DNA of 63,658 nucleotides from a virus (Duplodnaviria; Heunggongvirae; Uroviricota; Caudoviricetes): IMG/VR virus record IMGVR_UViG_3300031088_000776; one strand, 5' to 3'. Shown piece by piece: positions 36,553 to 45,333 of this stretch (position 1 is its first letter; each line of letters starts with the position of its first letter). The notes under the pieces were generated by a model. It saw only the letters and a program-made list of their open reading frames with translations, ran no database searches and was not told where the DNA came from. The position numbers and the translations under genes were made by a program.

Positions 36553-37737
36553 TTAATCTTTGAAGAGTACTGAAAGAATATTCAAATGAATAGACTCATC
36601 GTCTAACGCAAGTCTAATAGATTCTTTAACCAAAGATTCCTTAAACCTCCAATCGCTTTCCCAGACATAAAGGAGCTTAACGCCTCGAGACTTACAAAGT
36701 TCATACTTTAAAAGATGATAGTTGTAAGAAGATCCATAAGTCTCTGAAACAATTGAATTGCTATGCCAATAATCTCCATTAAATTCAAAAGCAATATTAA
36801 GACTAGGTATATAAATATCTAACTCTAAAGGTGGAATGACTTTTCTTGTGTTTGAGATTACTTCTACTTCTTTCGACAAAGTTTCTTTAAGAAAATCTAA
36901 AAGCTCAATCTCACCCTTAGAGACAATATTAGATTTAGCGCATTTGGGGCACCCAGAACCAGCGACTCTATTATAGATAAAAGCATCCCACGAGTGAGAA
37001 CATTTCCTGCAATTCCACCAGACTTTTTCATTTGAACTTGATAGACATTCCGATGGGTTTTTAAAATTCTTCTCTGACCACTCTTCGCACAATACAGGAT
37101 ATTTTGACTCTAAATCATTAAAACCTACAAGTATTTTTCGTGCAGGCTTTGAACAGTAAGGGCAAATCCTACCTTTTACTCTTTTTTGTATCGACATAAA
37201 ATAACCATGCTTATGTGAAGTTTTCAGGCACTCCCAAATAACGACTTTATTACTCTGAGAAAGAAATTCTGAAGGCCTATTTTTATTCTCTTTAGACCAT
37301 TCTCTTGCAATCTCAGGGTATAAAGTCTCTAAATCATTTATTCCTTTAATAGGCTTACGTTTACCGCAATATGGGCAAGGTTCTTTCATTTTAGAAGCTT
37401 GAAGTAAACTAAGTTTAAACCTATGGCCTTCAAAGCATTTTAAGTGAGCAACAAATGAGGGGAAAACTTCAAAAGGTTTCTCAAAGTTTAACTCATAATC
37501 CCAGAGATAAAGAAACTTTGATAGTTTTGTTTCAGCATCGTTAAAGCCTGTCCATACCTTTTGATTCGTGCAGTAAGGGCAACCTTTATTACGAATAACT
37601 CTAGAGTCTAGCCTTGCAACCCACTCATGTTTTAAAAAGCATTCCCAAATAAGAGTTTGGCTCTTTTTGAAATCTGTTTTAATACTTTGTGGGTTCTTTC
37701 TAGAATATTCTAAAATAAGAGAATTAGTTAGTTTCAC
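36553..37737 (-). CDS. Multi-Zn-ribbon + Hef-like PD-(D/E)XK endonuclease
   Basis: Four WxC/C...H...CPxC repeats; LELDIYIPSLNIAFEFNGDYWHS. Confidence 0.8.
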   Translation of the reverse strand: MKLTNSLILEYSRKNPQSIKTDFKKSQTLIWECFLKHEWVARLDSRVIRNKGCPYCTNQKVWTGFNDAETKLSKFLYLWDYELNFEKPFEVFPSFVAHLKCFEGHRFKLSLLQASKMKEPCPYCGKRKPIKGINDLETLYPEIAREWSKENKNRPSEFLSQSNKVVIWECLKTSHKHGYFMSIQKRVKGRICPYCSKPARKILVGFNDLESKYPVLCEEWSEKNFKNPSECLSSSNEKVWWNCRKCSHSWDAFIYNRVAGSGCPKCAKSNIVSKGEIELLDFLKETLSKEVEVISNTRKVIPPLELDIYIPSLNIAFEFNGDYWHSNSIVSETYGSSYNYHLLKYELCKSRGVKLLYVWESDWRFKESLVKESIRLALDDESIHLNILSVLFKD

Positions 37738-38806
37738 TATAAGGTATAGTCTCTACTTGACTGTCAGGATTAGCAAATGATAGGACTTCTACTAGGGTGT
37801 CTGCGGAAAGGCTCTTCCCGCCGCCGGTACCGCCACCTATGAATACCATTGGTGATGTTGTGATAGTGGGGCTCACTTTCAAACCATTCTTTTTACCTTC
37901 TTTAGCCTGCTCACCAGATAGGTCAAATCCTAAGACATATTCCAATTCGCCTGACTCTTCATTCATCAGCTCTACTCCGTTCTCCACACCTAAGGCGAGC
38001 GGGAAGAAAGCCCAGTGAATCCCTGGACTCAGCACGTAGCGTTCACTCCATGGAGCCATTGTTGGAAGCGGCGGAACCGCGTGGAATGTTGCTTGACCGC
38101 TTTGGTAGTCCCATCCTGGAGTCGGCGGATCTGCTTCCATGTCTGGGCTTGGAACCCACGCTGTTTCCGCACCAAAAAGCTGATTGAACTGTCGTAAGAA
38201 TCCTTCTTCCCCTTCAGCTCCGAAGTTATCTGGAACTTGGTAACGAACTTTCTGTGGTTTAACGTAGTCATTCCACTCTAGAACTTCAATAACCGCTTGC
38301 GGATTATCTTTATGCTCCATGCTAAGACCTAGTTTTGATTGCCCAATACTAAACATTCGGTCAAGAACTTTTCTACGAGTTTCAATAATTGGTTTAGCTG
38401 TTTTCATAGCCCACTGTAGTGTCATGAAGAATCCTAGGTAGCCAATGAGAATAACCCACCAGATCCCTACAACTGCACCAACAATGGATATTGCTAAAGA
38501 TATTAGGTGGAAGAGAAAGAAAGCCTGCTTGTTTGTCATTTTTGAAGATGTCGGCTCTCCTCCTTTTCCTTTTTTAGGCTTACCTAGAACTAGATCACGC
38601 TTGTCTTTTAACGCAAATTTTAAAAGTTCTTGCCATTTAGGCCATAGTGGCTTAGGTAGGCTCTTTAGAGCTTGAGCGTTGTTTCCCTTGATTTTTTGCG
38701 CTCTTTTTTCTATTAGAAGCTTCTTATGTAAGAAAGCAGCTAATCTAAAGAGTATTGGCATGACTATTAAGTAGCCTGCTGTAACGGCAATGATAATATT
38801 TAGCAT
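37724..38806 (-). CDS. Membrane-anchored FtsK/TcpA-like protein, N-terminal half ending in an intein N-fragment
   Basis: TM segments, FFPLALGV, then Walker A GGGTGGGK followed by SLSADTLVEV and a stop 29 aa later; the rest of the ATPase is absent. Confidence 0.75.
   Translation of the reverse strand: MLNIIIAVTAGYLIVMPILFRLAAFLHKKLLIEKRAQKIKGNNAQALKSLPKPLWPKWQELLKFALKDKRDLVLGKPKKGKGGEPTSSKMTNKQAFFLFHLISLAISIVGAVVGIWWVILIGYLGFFMTLQWAMKTAKPIIETRRKVLDRMFSIGQSKLGLSMEHKDNPQAVIEVLEWNDYVKPQKVRYQVPDNFGAEGEEGFLRQFNQLFGAETAWVPSPDMEADPPTPGWDYQSGQATFHAVPPLPTMAPWSERYVLSPGIHWAFFPLALGVENGVELMNEESGELEYVLGFDLSGEQAKEGKKNGLKVSPTITTSPMVFIGGGTGGGKSLSADTLVEVLSFANPDSQVETIPYSETN
37727..37813 (-). other. Putative split-intein N fragment (29 aa)
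   Basis: SLSADTLVEV matches intein block A (C/S-L-x-x-D-T-x-V) and sits right after the Walker A Lys, a known intein insertion site. Confidence 0.65.
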
Positions 38807-38858
38807 TCTTGACCTTGTGAGTTCTTCAGTTCTTTATTTTTGTTTTTACTTAAAAGTT

Positions 38859-39677
38859 TTATGATTTTGATTCTTTTTTGTCAGTATCGTTTATTTTGAC
38901 TTTAGAGTTGAAGTCATTGATTTCCTCTTGTGTCATGTTTTCAGGGTAAGAGAAAATAAATCCTGAGTTATCTAGATTAACTGTAGCAAGAATAGAAGTA
39001 CCGGGGTTAGGTAGGGCGATCTTCATTGTTGCCGCAACTTTAGCCCCTGAAACTTCAGTAGTGTTAAAGTCCTGCGGTTTTTCCATTAGTCGTGAATTTC
39101 GCGCATCTTTTAGAAGGTAAATGAATACTTCTTTAGCTTCACCTACTTTAACCCTTCCTGCTAAGCAGAATTCAGATGCTTTGTTAACTGTGCAGTTTTG
39201 CTCTGTTTTAATGATTTCATATCCTGAAATCTCAACTTCTTTGTTATTAGAAGTCTTAAGAATATCTTTTTTGACTTCAGCCTTAATGTAGCCTTTTGGT
39301 GTTTCTTTAGCGTCAGAGAATGCTTCGGCTAGAGGTAGATCGGCGGTGATTGTTTCACCTGCTGTAGGATCTACTTCTTTCGCCTCTTGATCTATTTGAC
39401 TTTGGGTAGTAGAGCCCTTAGTATTTTCATCATTTCCCACTAAATTATAAGTAAGTAAGCCTACCCCGAGGGCAATAATTAGAGTTATTGAGGCTATTAT
39501 GATTTTGTTAGTCTTCTTCTTAGACTTTAATTCCTCTACTGGGTCTTCAAAATTCTTTGGGTCTTTTATAAAGTCAGTATTATATGGGTCTATTCCGTGG
39601 AAGACGGCACCTGTTTTTGGAGTCTCTGAATCGTATGAGTAGCCATTACTATCTTCATTATTTAAGTTTTGATTCAT
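38859..39677 (-). CDS. Single-TM membrane protein (conjugation-cluster associated)
   Basis: TM IIIASITLIIALGVGLL; extracellular domain with a Cys pair. Confidence 0.7.
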   Translation of the reverse strand: MNQNLNNEDSNGYSYDSETPKTGAVFHGIDPYNTDFIKDPKNFEDPVEELKSKKKTNKIIIASITLIIALGVGLLTYNLVGNDENTKGSTTQSQIDQEAKEVDPTAGETITADLPLAEAFSDAKETPKGYIKAEVKKDILKTSNNKEVEISGYEIIKTEQNCTVNKASEFCLAGRVKVGEAKEVFIYLLKDARNSRLMEKPQDFNTTEVSGAKVAATMKIALPNPGTSILATVNLDNSGFIFSYPENMTQEEINDFNSKVKINDTDKKESKS

Positions 39678-39852
39678 TATGTCTTGCTTCTCCTTGCGGT
39701 CACATTTTAAAATAAATATCGGTATAGCGGACTTTCTTGCTTTTACTTTTTATATTTTACCAAATTTTTTGTTCTTTAATCAGCTTCATGTGCTTTACTT
39801 TTTCGTTACTGTAGTCTAATTTTTATTGTAGGGCCCTCACTTATACTCTAGA

Positions 39853-39895
39853 CACTCTTACAGCGTAGCATGGAAATTGCTACGCTGTAAGAGTG
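39853..39895 (-). terminator. Terminator hairpin downstream of ssb
   Basis: CACTCTTACAGCGTAGCA...TGCTACGCTGTAAGAGTG. Confidence 0.75.
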
Positions 39896-39954
39896 AATAA
39901 TTTTATTTTATCTAGTTTATCGTGTGACTATATTCTAGATTTGGGGGAGTAATA

Positions 39955-40443
39955 TTAGAAGTCTAGATCATCGAAGTTGAACTCGTCTTCATCCTTCTTA
40001 GGGGCTTCCTTCTTTGCAGCAGGCTTTGAGGCGCTTGAAGAAGTTGAAGAACCAGCGTTTTCAGCTTTCTTTGCTTCACGCTTTGAAGCGGCTGGGAATG
40101 AGGAGATTTCTAGGCCTGCGACCTCGGCAGTGAGCTTCGCACGAGCTTCACGAGTAACTCCATCTTTTCCTTCGAAAGGATCTGACATTTCAATTCGGCC
40201 TACGACGAATACATGATCGCCTGGGCGGAATGATTCTTCAATATTGTCAGCTAGACGGCCCCAGGCAGTGCAAGTGATCCAATATGGTTCTTTATCTTTC
40301 CATTCGCCACTCTGGGCATCTCGAGCGCGGCGTGTAGCGCATACGGAAAACTCGATAACTGAGTTATTATCCTTACCTACAGTGCGCTTGTCGTAAACGC
40401 GTCCAATGTTTCCAACTACAGTTTGATTAATCATAACAGCCAT
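39955..40443 (-). CDS. ssb: Single-stranded DNA-binding protein (actinobacterial type)
   Basis: VVGNIG, GEWKD..YWITCTAWGRLADNIEESFRPGDHVFVVGR, acidic tail FDDLDF. Confidence 0.93.
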   Translation of the reverse strand: MAVMINQTVVGNIGRVYDKRTVGKDNNSVIEFSVCATRRARDAQSGEWKDKEPYWITCTAWGRLADNIEESFRPGDHVFVVGRIEMSDPFEGKDGVTREARAKLTAEVAGLEISSFPAASKREAKKAENAGSSTSSSASKPAAKKEAPKKDEDEFNFDDLDF

Positions 40444-40605
40444 TTTTCTGTTCCTTACTTTTTGTGTTTCTTACTCACGGCTGCGAGTAACTTTTTAAAA
40501 TGATAATTTTTAAGTTGACCTCTATAACATATATTTATTTCCTGGTCAAATGTATAGTACCAACAGTTTTTATTTTTTGAAAGTTTTTTCAAAATTTTTC
40601 AAAAT

Positions 40606-42318
40606 TTATTTTTCGGGTTGTGGCCAAGAGTTAGGGATAGTCACTTCTTCAGGTAAAGCAGGTGCTTTAGGTTCAGCAGGCTTCTCTTGGTCAATGATCG
40701 CCGGGCGCACTGGTTCTGTATCGCAACCAGAAGGTCTATCCGGAATCTCGATACCTTCGAATGTTTCTTCAGGTTCGGGAGTCTCAGACGGACTAGGCGA
40801 TGGACTAGGCGATGGACTTTCAGAAGCTTCTGGGTCATCACTAGGCGTTGGTGTCGGCGTCGGGGTCGGAGTAGCCTCCGCCTTCTCACGTTCACGTTCA
40901 GCCTTTTTCTTCAAGAATTCTTGACGATTCTTCTCATTTTCATTGAATTTATCTCGCCATTCTTCTTCCCATTTTTCAAGATCTTCTTTAGCTAACTCAC
41001 ATTTCCGAACTTCTTCTTCATAACCCTCAAGAGCTAAAGCTTTGCGATCATCAAATGTTCTCCAACTATTATGTTGCTCTACATAGTTATACCAAGTATT
41101 TCTGACTTTAGCTCGTTCACTGCGAAGCCAATCCCACTTTTCATGGACTTTATTAGTATCTGAAACAAACTTATTCCAATTGTCCGCCTGAGGCATTACA
41201 GCCATAACAGATAAAGCCCAATTGTTCTTTCTAGAGATATAGTCTGTAGCTTTAGAATCTACATAATTCTGGACTTCTTGAAGTTCGTTAAATTTATCAT
41301 CAGCTAACTTTTTCTTATCGTAAGCCGGTGAAGCTTGCGAGGACCAATCCCAACCACAACCAGGACCTTCCACATCCTCAATAAGATAAACAGCATCATC
41401 TTCAAATTTACTTACTGTAGCTATGCTATTTGGGATAGTAGGCTTTTCGACATTTGCTGGCAATTCTGGAAAAGTATCTGGTAATGGAGATTCAGGCTTA
41501 AGAGTATTCTCATTCTTAATCATATTCATTTTAACTACTGTAGGTTCTGGAAGATTTCCATAATCCACATTTGTATCTACAGTTCTTGTTTCTGAATAAC
41601 CATCATAAGATTCTTTATCATAATAGAAGCTTCTACTAGAATCTTCAGCGCTGGGATTCAGCGATAAGCATTTAGATTCTTTAAGGGTGCTTTCAGCATT
41701 TTTAACATAGAAGTCAAGTAGTGAGTCTGCTGAACCCTCCTTAGTATAGGTAACTCCAATGATAGAGTCACCCACATTCATTAAGAAACCACCCGGGAAT
41801 TTAAGAATTTTAGTTTGACTTTTCTTATCGCTTGTTACTCCAGAGAAACATGTTTTAAGTTTTTCTTCATACTTCTTAAATTGAGTTGCAGACTGACCAG
41901 CACCGTAAACCTGTACACGGGTCTCAACGCCTGACCCTTTAGCAACATGTGTTGACAAAAGACTGGAAGGTGTTTCCTGAAGTGTGTTGCAAACTTTAGT
42001 GTTAATTGGAGATTGGGCTTTAGTGCTCTCTGAAACCTCCCACGTCTTTACTGTAGGTGGTTTCATTTTAACCATTTTAGCCCCCCAGCTTTTACCTGCG
42101 AAACTAGCTGGCTGTATATCTTGATATGGAGAAATTACTTCAGGTTCGGCTATAGCATTCTGATAGCTATTATAACCTGAACCAATGAATGATCCAATTC
42201 CTATTACAGCTGCTGTGCCGAAGGCTACATATACTAAAGGCTTGTCAAGCAGCCAAGCAATACGTGGTGTCTTGACAGAGCTGCTTTCTTTATATTCTTC
42301 AACAGTCTTTTTCTTCAT
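40606..42318 (-). CDS. Membrane-anchored exported protein with coiled coil and Pro/Thr/Ser-rich tail
   Basis: N-terminal TM, several Cys, TPTPTPTPTPS and PSPSPSPS linkers. Confidence 0.75.
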   Translation of the reverse strand: MKKKTVEEYKESSSVKTPRIAWLLDKPLVYVAFGTAAVIGIGSFIGSGYNSYQNAIAEPEVISPYQDIQPASFAGKSWGAKMVKMKPPTVKTWEVSESTKAQSPINTKVCNTLQETPSSLLSTHVAKGSGVETRVQVYGAGQSATQFKKYEEKLKTCFSGVTSDKKSQTKILKFPGGFLMNVGDSIIGVTYTKEGSADSLLDFYVKNAESTLKESKCLSLNPSAEDSSRSFYYDKESYDGYSETRTVDTNVDYGNLPEPTVVKMNMIKNENTLKPESPLPDTFPELPANVEKPTIPNSIATVSKFEDDAVYLIEDVEGPGCGWDWSSQASPAYDKKKLADDKFNELQEVQNYVDSKATDYISRKNNWALSVMAVMPQADNWNKFVSDTNKVHEKWDWLRSERAKVRNTWYNYVEQHNSWRTFDDRKALALEGYEEEVRKCELAKEDLEKWEEEWRDKFNENEKNRQEFLKKKAEREREKAEATPTPTPTPTPSDDPEASESPSPSPSPSPSETPEPEETFEGIEIPDRPSGCDTEPVRPAIIDQEKPAEPKAPALPEEVTIPNSWPQPEK

Positions 42319-42444
42319 TTATTCACTACTTCCTTGACCTCTAAAAACTCAAAAAGAGAGGGCGGTAAGCCCTCCCTTCAAGAGTACTCACTATTCTGTC
42401 ATAAGATGATTGTACCAACTGTTTTTAGAATAGTTTACTTATTT

Positions 42445-42780
42445 TTAAGATGTTTCAAGAATTCCTTCCTCAAGTAAAGCCTTTTGAATTTCTCGTTTTT
42501 CTTTTGCTCGAACTTGGCCTCTGAGTTTAGAGTTATCTACACCTCGTCTTTTAAGTCGCATAATTCGCTCATAGACTAGAGTTTTCTCTTCTTGCGAATC
42601 GCTATTATCAAGTAAGTGATTCTTTTGAATATAATCTTTGAATTTTAGAATTGTCCTATCTACTCGCTTTTCGTTTCTGGCTTTTGCTTTCATGTTTCTA
42701 TACATTGGGCATCTCTCCTTCTGAAAAGAATATTGCGATTTATTTTTCCACTTTACCTTTCGGTTAAGTGATGTAGTCAT
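42445..42780 (-). CDS. Small basic hypothetical protein (start probably internal, near 42705-42712)
   Basis: Lys/Arg-rich; an AGGAG SD lies inside the called ORF. Confidence 0.5.
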   Translation of the reverse strand: MTTSLNRKVKWKNKSQYSFQKERCPMYRNMKAKARNEKRVDRTILKFKDYIQKNHLLDNSDSQEEKTLVYERIMRLKRRGVDNSKLRGQVRAKEKREIQKALLEEGILETS

Positions 42781-42904
42781 ATTACCAAGTCTTTCTATGT
42801 TTTCTCTTGAAGTCTTTTTCTTTAGGTTAAAAAGCTCTCATTTTAATCTAATTTATCTCTTACTGAAGTGTAGATAGCGCAGCAAGGCTACTGAAAAATG
42901 GCTC

Positions 42905-43029
42905 TTAGGGTGTAGTCATACAGTAGACAGCATTTACTGTCAAAACTGTCATTTCGCTGCAAAAGACCACCTAGTTAGACCCGAGACTATAACGGCTAAC
43001 TAGACGCGCTTAGTAGCGCAGTTTTCGCT
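42905..43029 (+). repeat. Dispersed hairpin repeat, copy 4 (loop inverted, right arm altered)
   Basis: Loop AGACCCGAGACTATAACGGCT (42977-42997) is the reverse complement of the copy 2 loop at 19/21 positions. Confidence 0.9.
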
Positions 43030-43183
43030 TGAATTCTAAAAGAGGAAAATATGCTGTCTCGAGTTACTTTATGAACATTTCATAATAATTCTGTTTTAGA
43101 AGTGATTTTGAAGCGAGCTCTATCTACACTTATTACCTATAATATATAGATAGATATTTTTGAAAATATTGAAAATCTTTATA

Positions 43184-43229
43184 CTTAAAAGCGGCGGATT
43201 CGTTAAATATAAAATCCACCGCTTTTAAG
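43184..43229 (-). terminator. Terminator hairpin
   Basis: CTTAAAAGCGGCGGATT...AATCCACCGCTTTTAAG. Confidence 0.75.
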
Positions 43230-43239
43230 CATTTAGTTA

Positions 43240-45333
43240 TTATTCAGTTGTTGAGCGTACAAAGTTAGCTATAACTTTTAGCTTGTCATTGTTAATGATC
43301 TTAGTGTCAAGATTATTAGTAGTGCCAGATCCAGTATTCTTTGAAATTTGCGAACTCATATTCTGTTGTTTATCAGTTCCAAAGTTAGCATAGCATTTAC
43401 CTTGAATGTCTGCACTTACCTTTCCGAGATCGCCTCTTTCTTGAGCACCGTTTTCGCCAAAGCCAATATTCTTAACTGGAACGTTAGTGTAAACCTTTGG
43501 CGCATATTCATACTTAAAGTTGAAAGCGTGTGGTTTATTTGGCTCTGAAGCCCAAGTTGATTGAAGATTAATCTTATTGACAAGGCCTGATCTTATCGTA
43601 GAGTTCGGGCTATTGAATGTTGATGTATCCCAATTCATTTGAGGCTTAACTTTACCAGTACCAGTAAATAACTTTTTCCCTTCAGAATCAGTTACAGTAG
43701 CACTACCACCAGTTGAAGAGTTGATTCCAGGTGTCCCATTCGGGTCACGAGTAATTGTAGTGGTTAGAGCTTTATGGCCATCATACTTAACTGCTGTAGT
43801 GTTCTTTGGGTACCAGACGTCTGCAACAATCTCGTTAGTTCTATTATCTCGGAAGAATGAGAACTTGTTTGAGTTCGAGTTTCCTGACTTAGCACCATAG
43901 AGTTCACCATTATCAGAATCTTTAAATCCTTTTTTAACAACGTTATTTGAAGCGCCATTCTTTTCAGCATTAGATCCAGTCGATCCCGGAGTACAATCAA
44001 AAGCACATTCTTTATTGTAGAACCCTAAGTTTCCAGTCTTAGCCTTAGCTTTATTGCTATTTGATGCATCACCGAAGTCAAGATTTCCAGCTGCTGGCTG
44101 CTGACTATACTTCTTAGAATAAACTACAGCAGCTACACCTTTTTCAGGATTTCCTTCAGAAATAACTTTTTCACCTGAAGTGGCATTTAAAAGAGCTTCA
44201 AATTCCTCTGGATTACAGTGCACTGATAGAATTTGCCAGAAACCAGTGTTCTTTTGAGTAGATTCTTTTGACTTACTAATGCTAGTTGTTGTTATATTCT
44301 TTTTAGTACCTTTATCTTTAGGATCGCATTTTTTGACTGCTTTATTATACTCACCTTTATTAGCGTTCCAAGTTTGTTCATTCCAGCATTTAACAGTTAT
44401 TGTTGTAACAGTAGTGCTCTTAGTACTAATTGTGGCTTGCTTCATCTGTTCATTAATATTTAATACTCCACCATCGGCTAAACCATTTTTATTATTAGCA
44501 TTTAAGTTCACTTTCGCGTGCGTTAAAGTCTTATCTTTTTTGACTGCAGCGTTAACTTCCTTCTTGATTTGCGAGGCAGTCTTATCAGTCTTGCCTCTAT
44601 TCAAATCATCCCAAAGCTTACCGAAATTAGTTTTAACTGTCTTAGCAGGTTGAGTTTCAAGAAGTCCTCTACCTATCTTACCACCTTTGATTGTTTGAGG
44701 GGTTACAGTAGTGACATAAGTATAAGGCTTAGTGAAAGTATCTTCGTCTTTAGTTACCTTACCCTCAGTAGTAGTCTTTGGTGATTCTGGCGTTTTAATT
44801 GTTGGTTTTGTACTAACCCCTGAACAAATTACAGTATAACCTTGTCCTTTGCCCTTATTAAGATTGCGACCATTTTTCTTGTCCCAGTCTAGGAACGTAT
44901 TGTACTCAGCTACAGTTGGCGCACGGTCACCATACTTCTTAGCAGGATTTTGGATTGTACCGTCACCTCTCCAAGCCGATCCGTTTGTAGCTCCAGTCCA
45001 GTTATGGCTCCATCCGCCAGTCTTTTTATTTTGAAGCCACCATATAACGTTTGACTTTTTACAAACTTCTACGCTTGCGCCTTTAGCTCGAATTAGGTCT
45101 TCAGTAACAGCTTTGCTATAACCAGTTTTCTTAAGAAATTCTGGATAGGCTTTACTTGAGTTATTGTAAGCTAGTGAAACCCATCTTCTATCACCGCTAC
45201 TTGATCCACCGTTACCGCCACCACTGCCGCCACCTGTCGTATCAGCGAATGAAGCGGAGGCTAGAGGAGAAGCAACTAAACCGACTGCAAGGGCGCTTAC
45301 GCTAAGTAACCTTGTTAAATTGTTGAACCTCAT
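43240..45333 (-). CDS. Large secreted protein (putative surface/adhesin)
   Basis: Signal peptide ASFA, Gly-rich linker, Lys/Thr/Asn-rich beta-type domains with Cys pairs. Confidence 0.75.
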   Translation of the reverse strand: MRFNNLTRLLSVSALAVGLVASPLASASFADTTGGGSGGGNGGSSSGDRRWVSLAYNNSSKAYPEFLKKTGYSKAVTEDLIRAKGASVEVCKKSNVIWWLQNKKTGGWSHNWTGATNGSAWRGDGTIQNPAKKYGDRAPTVAEYNTFLDWDKKNGRNLNKGKGQGYTVICSGVSTKPTIKTPESPKTTTEGKVTKDEDTFTKPYTYVTTVTPQTIKGGKIGRGLLETQPAKTVKTNFGKLWDDLNRGKTDKTASQIKKEVNAAVKKDKTLTHAKVNLNANNKNGLADGGVLNINEQMKQATISTKSTTVTTITVKCWNEQTWNANKGEYNKAVKKCDPKDKGTKKNITTTSISKSKESTQKNTGFWQILSVHCNPEEFEALLNATSGEKVISEGNPEKGVAAVVYSKKYSQQPAAGNLDFGDASNSNKAKAKTGNLGFYNKECAFDCTPGSTGSNAEKNGASNNVVKKGFKDSDNGELYGAKSGNSNSNKFSFFRDNRTNEIVADVWYPKNTTAVKYDGHKALTTTITRDPNGTPGINSSTGGSATVTDSEGKKLFTGTGKVKPQMNWDTSTFNSPNSTIRSGLVNKINLQSTWASEPNKPHAFNFKYEYAPKVYTNVPVKNIGFGENGAQERGDLGKVSADIQGKCYANFGTDKQQNMSSQISKNTGSGTTNNLDTKIINNDKLKVIANFVRSTTE

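Noticed and set aside
40820-40880. Short tandem-like DNA repeats
   Set aside because: Explained by the encoded PT/PS linker.
5073-43029. Dispersed repeats as a CRISPR array
   Set aside because: Copies are kilobases apart, too long, with no spacer periodicity and no cas genes.
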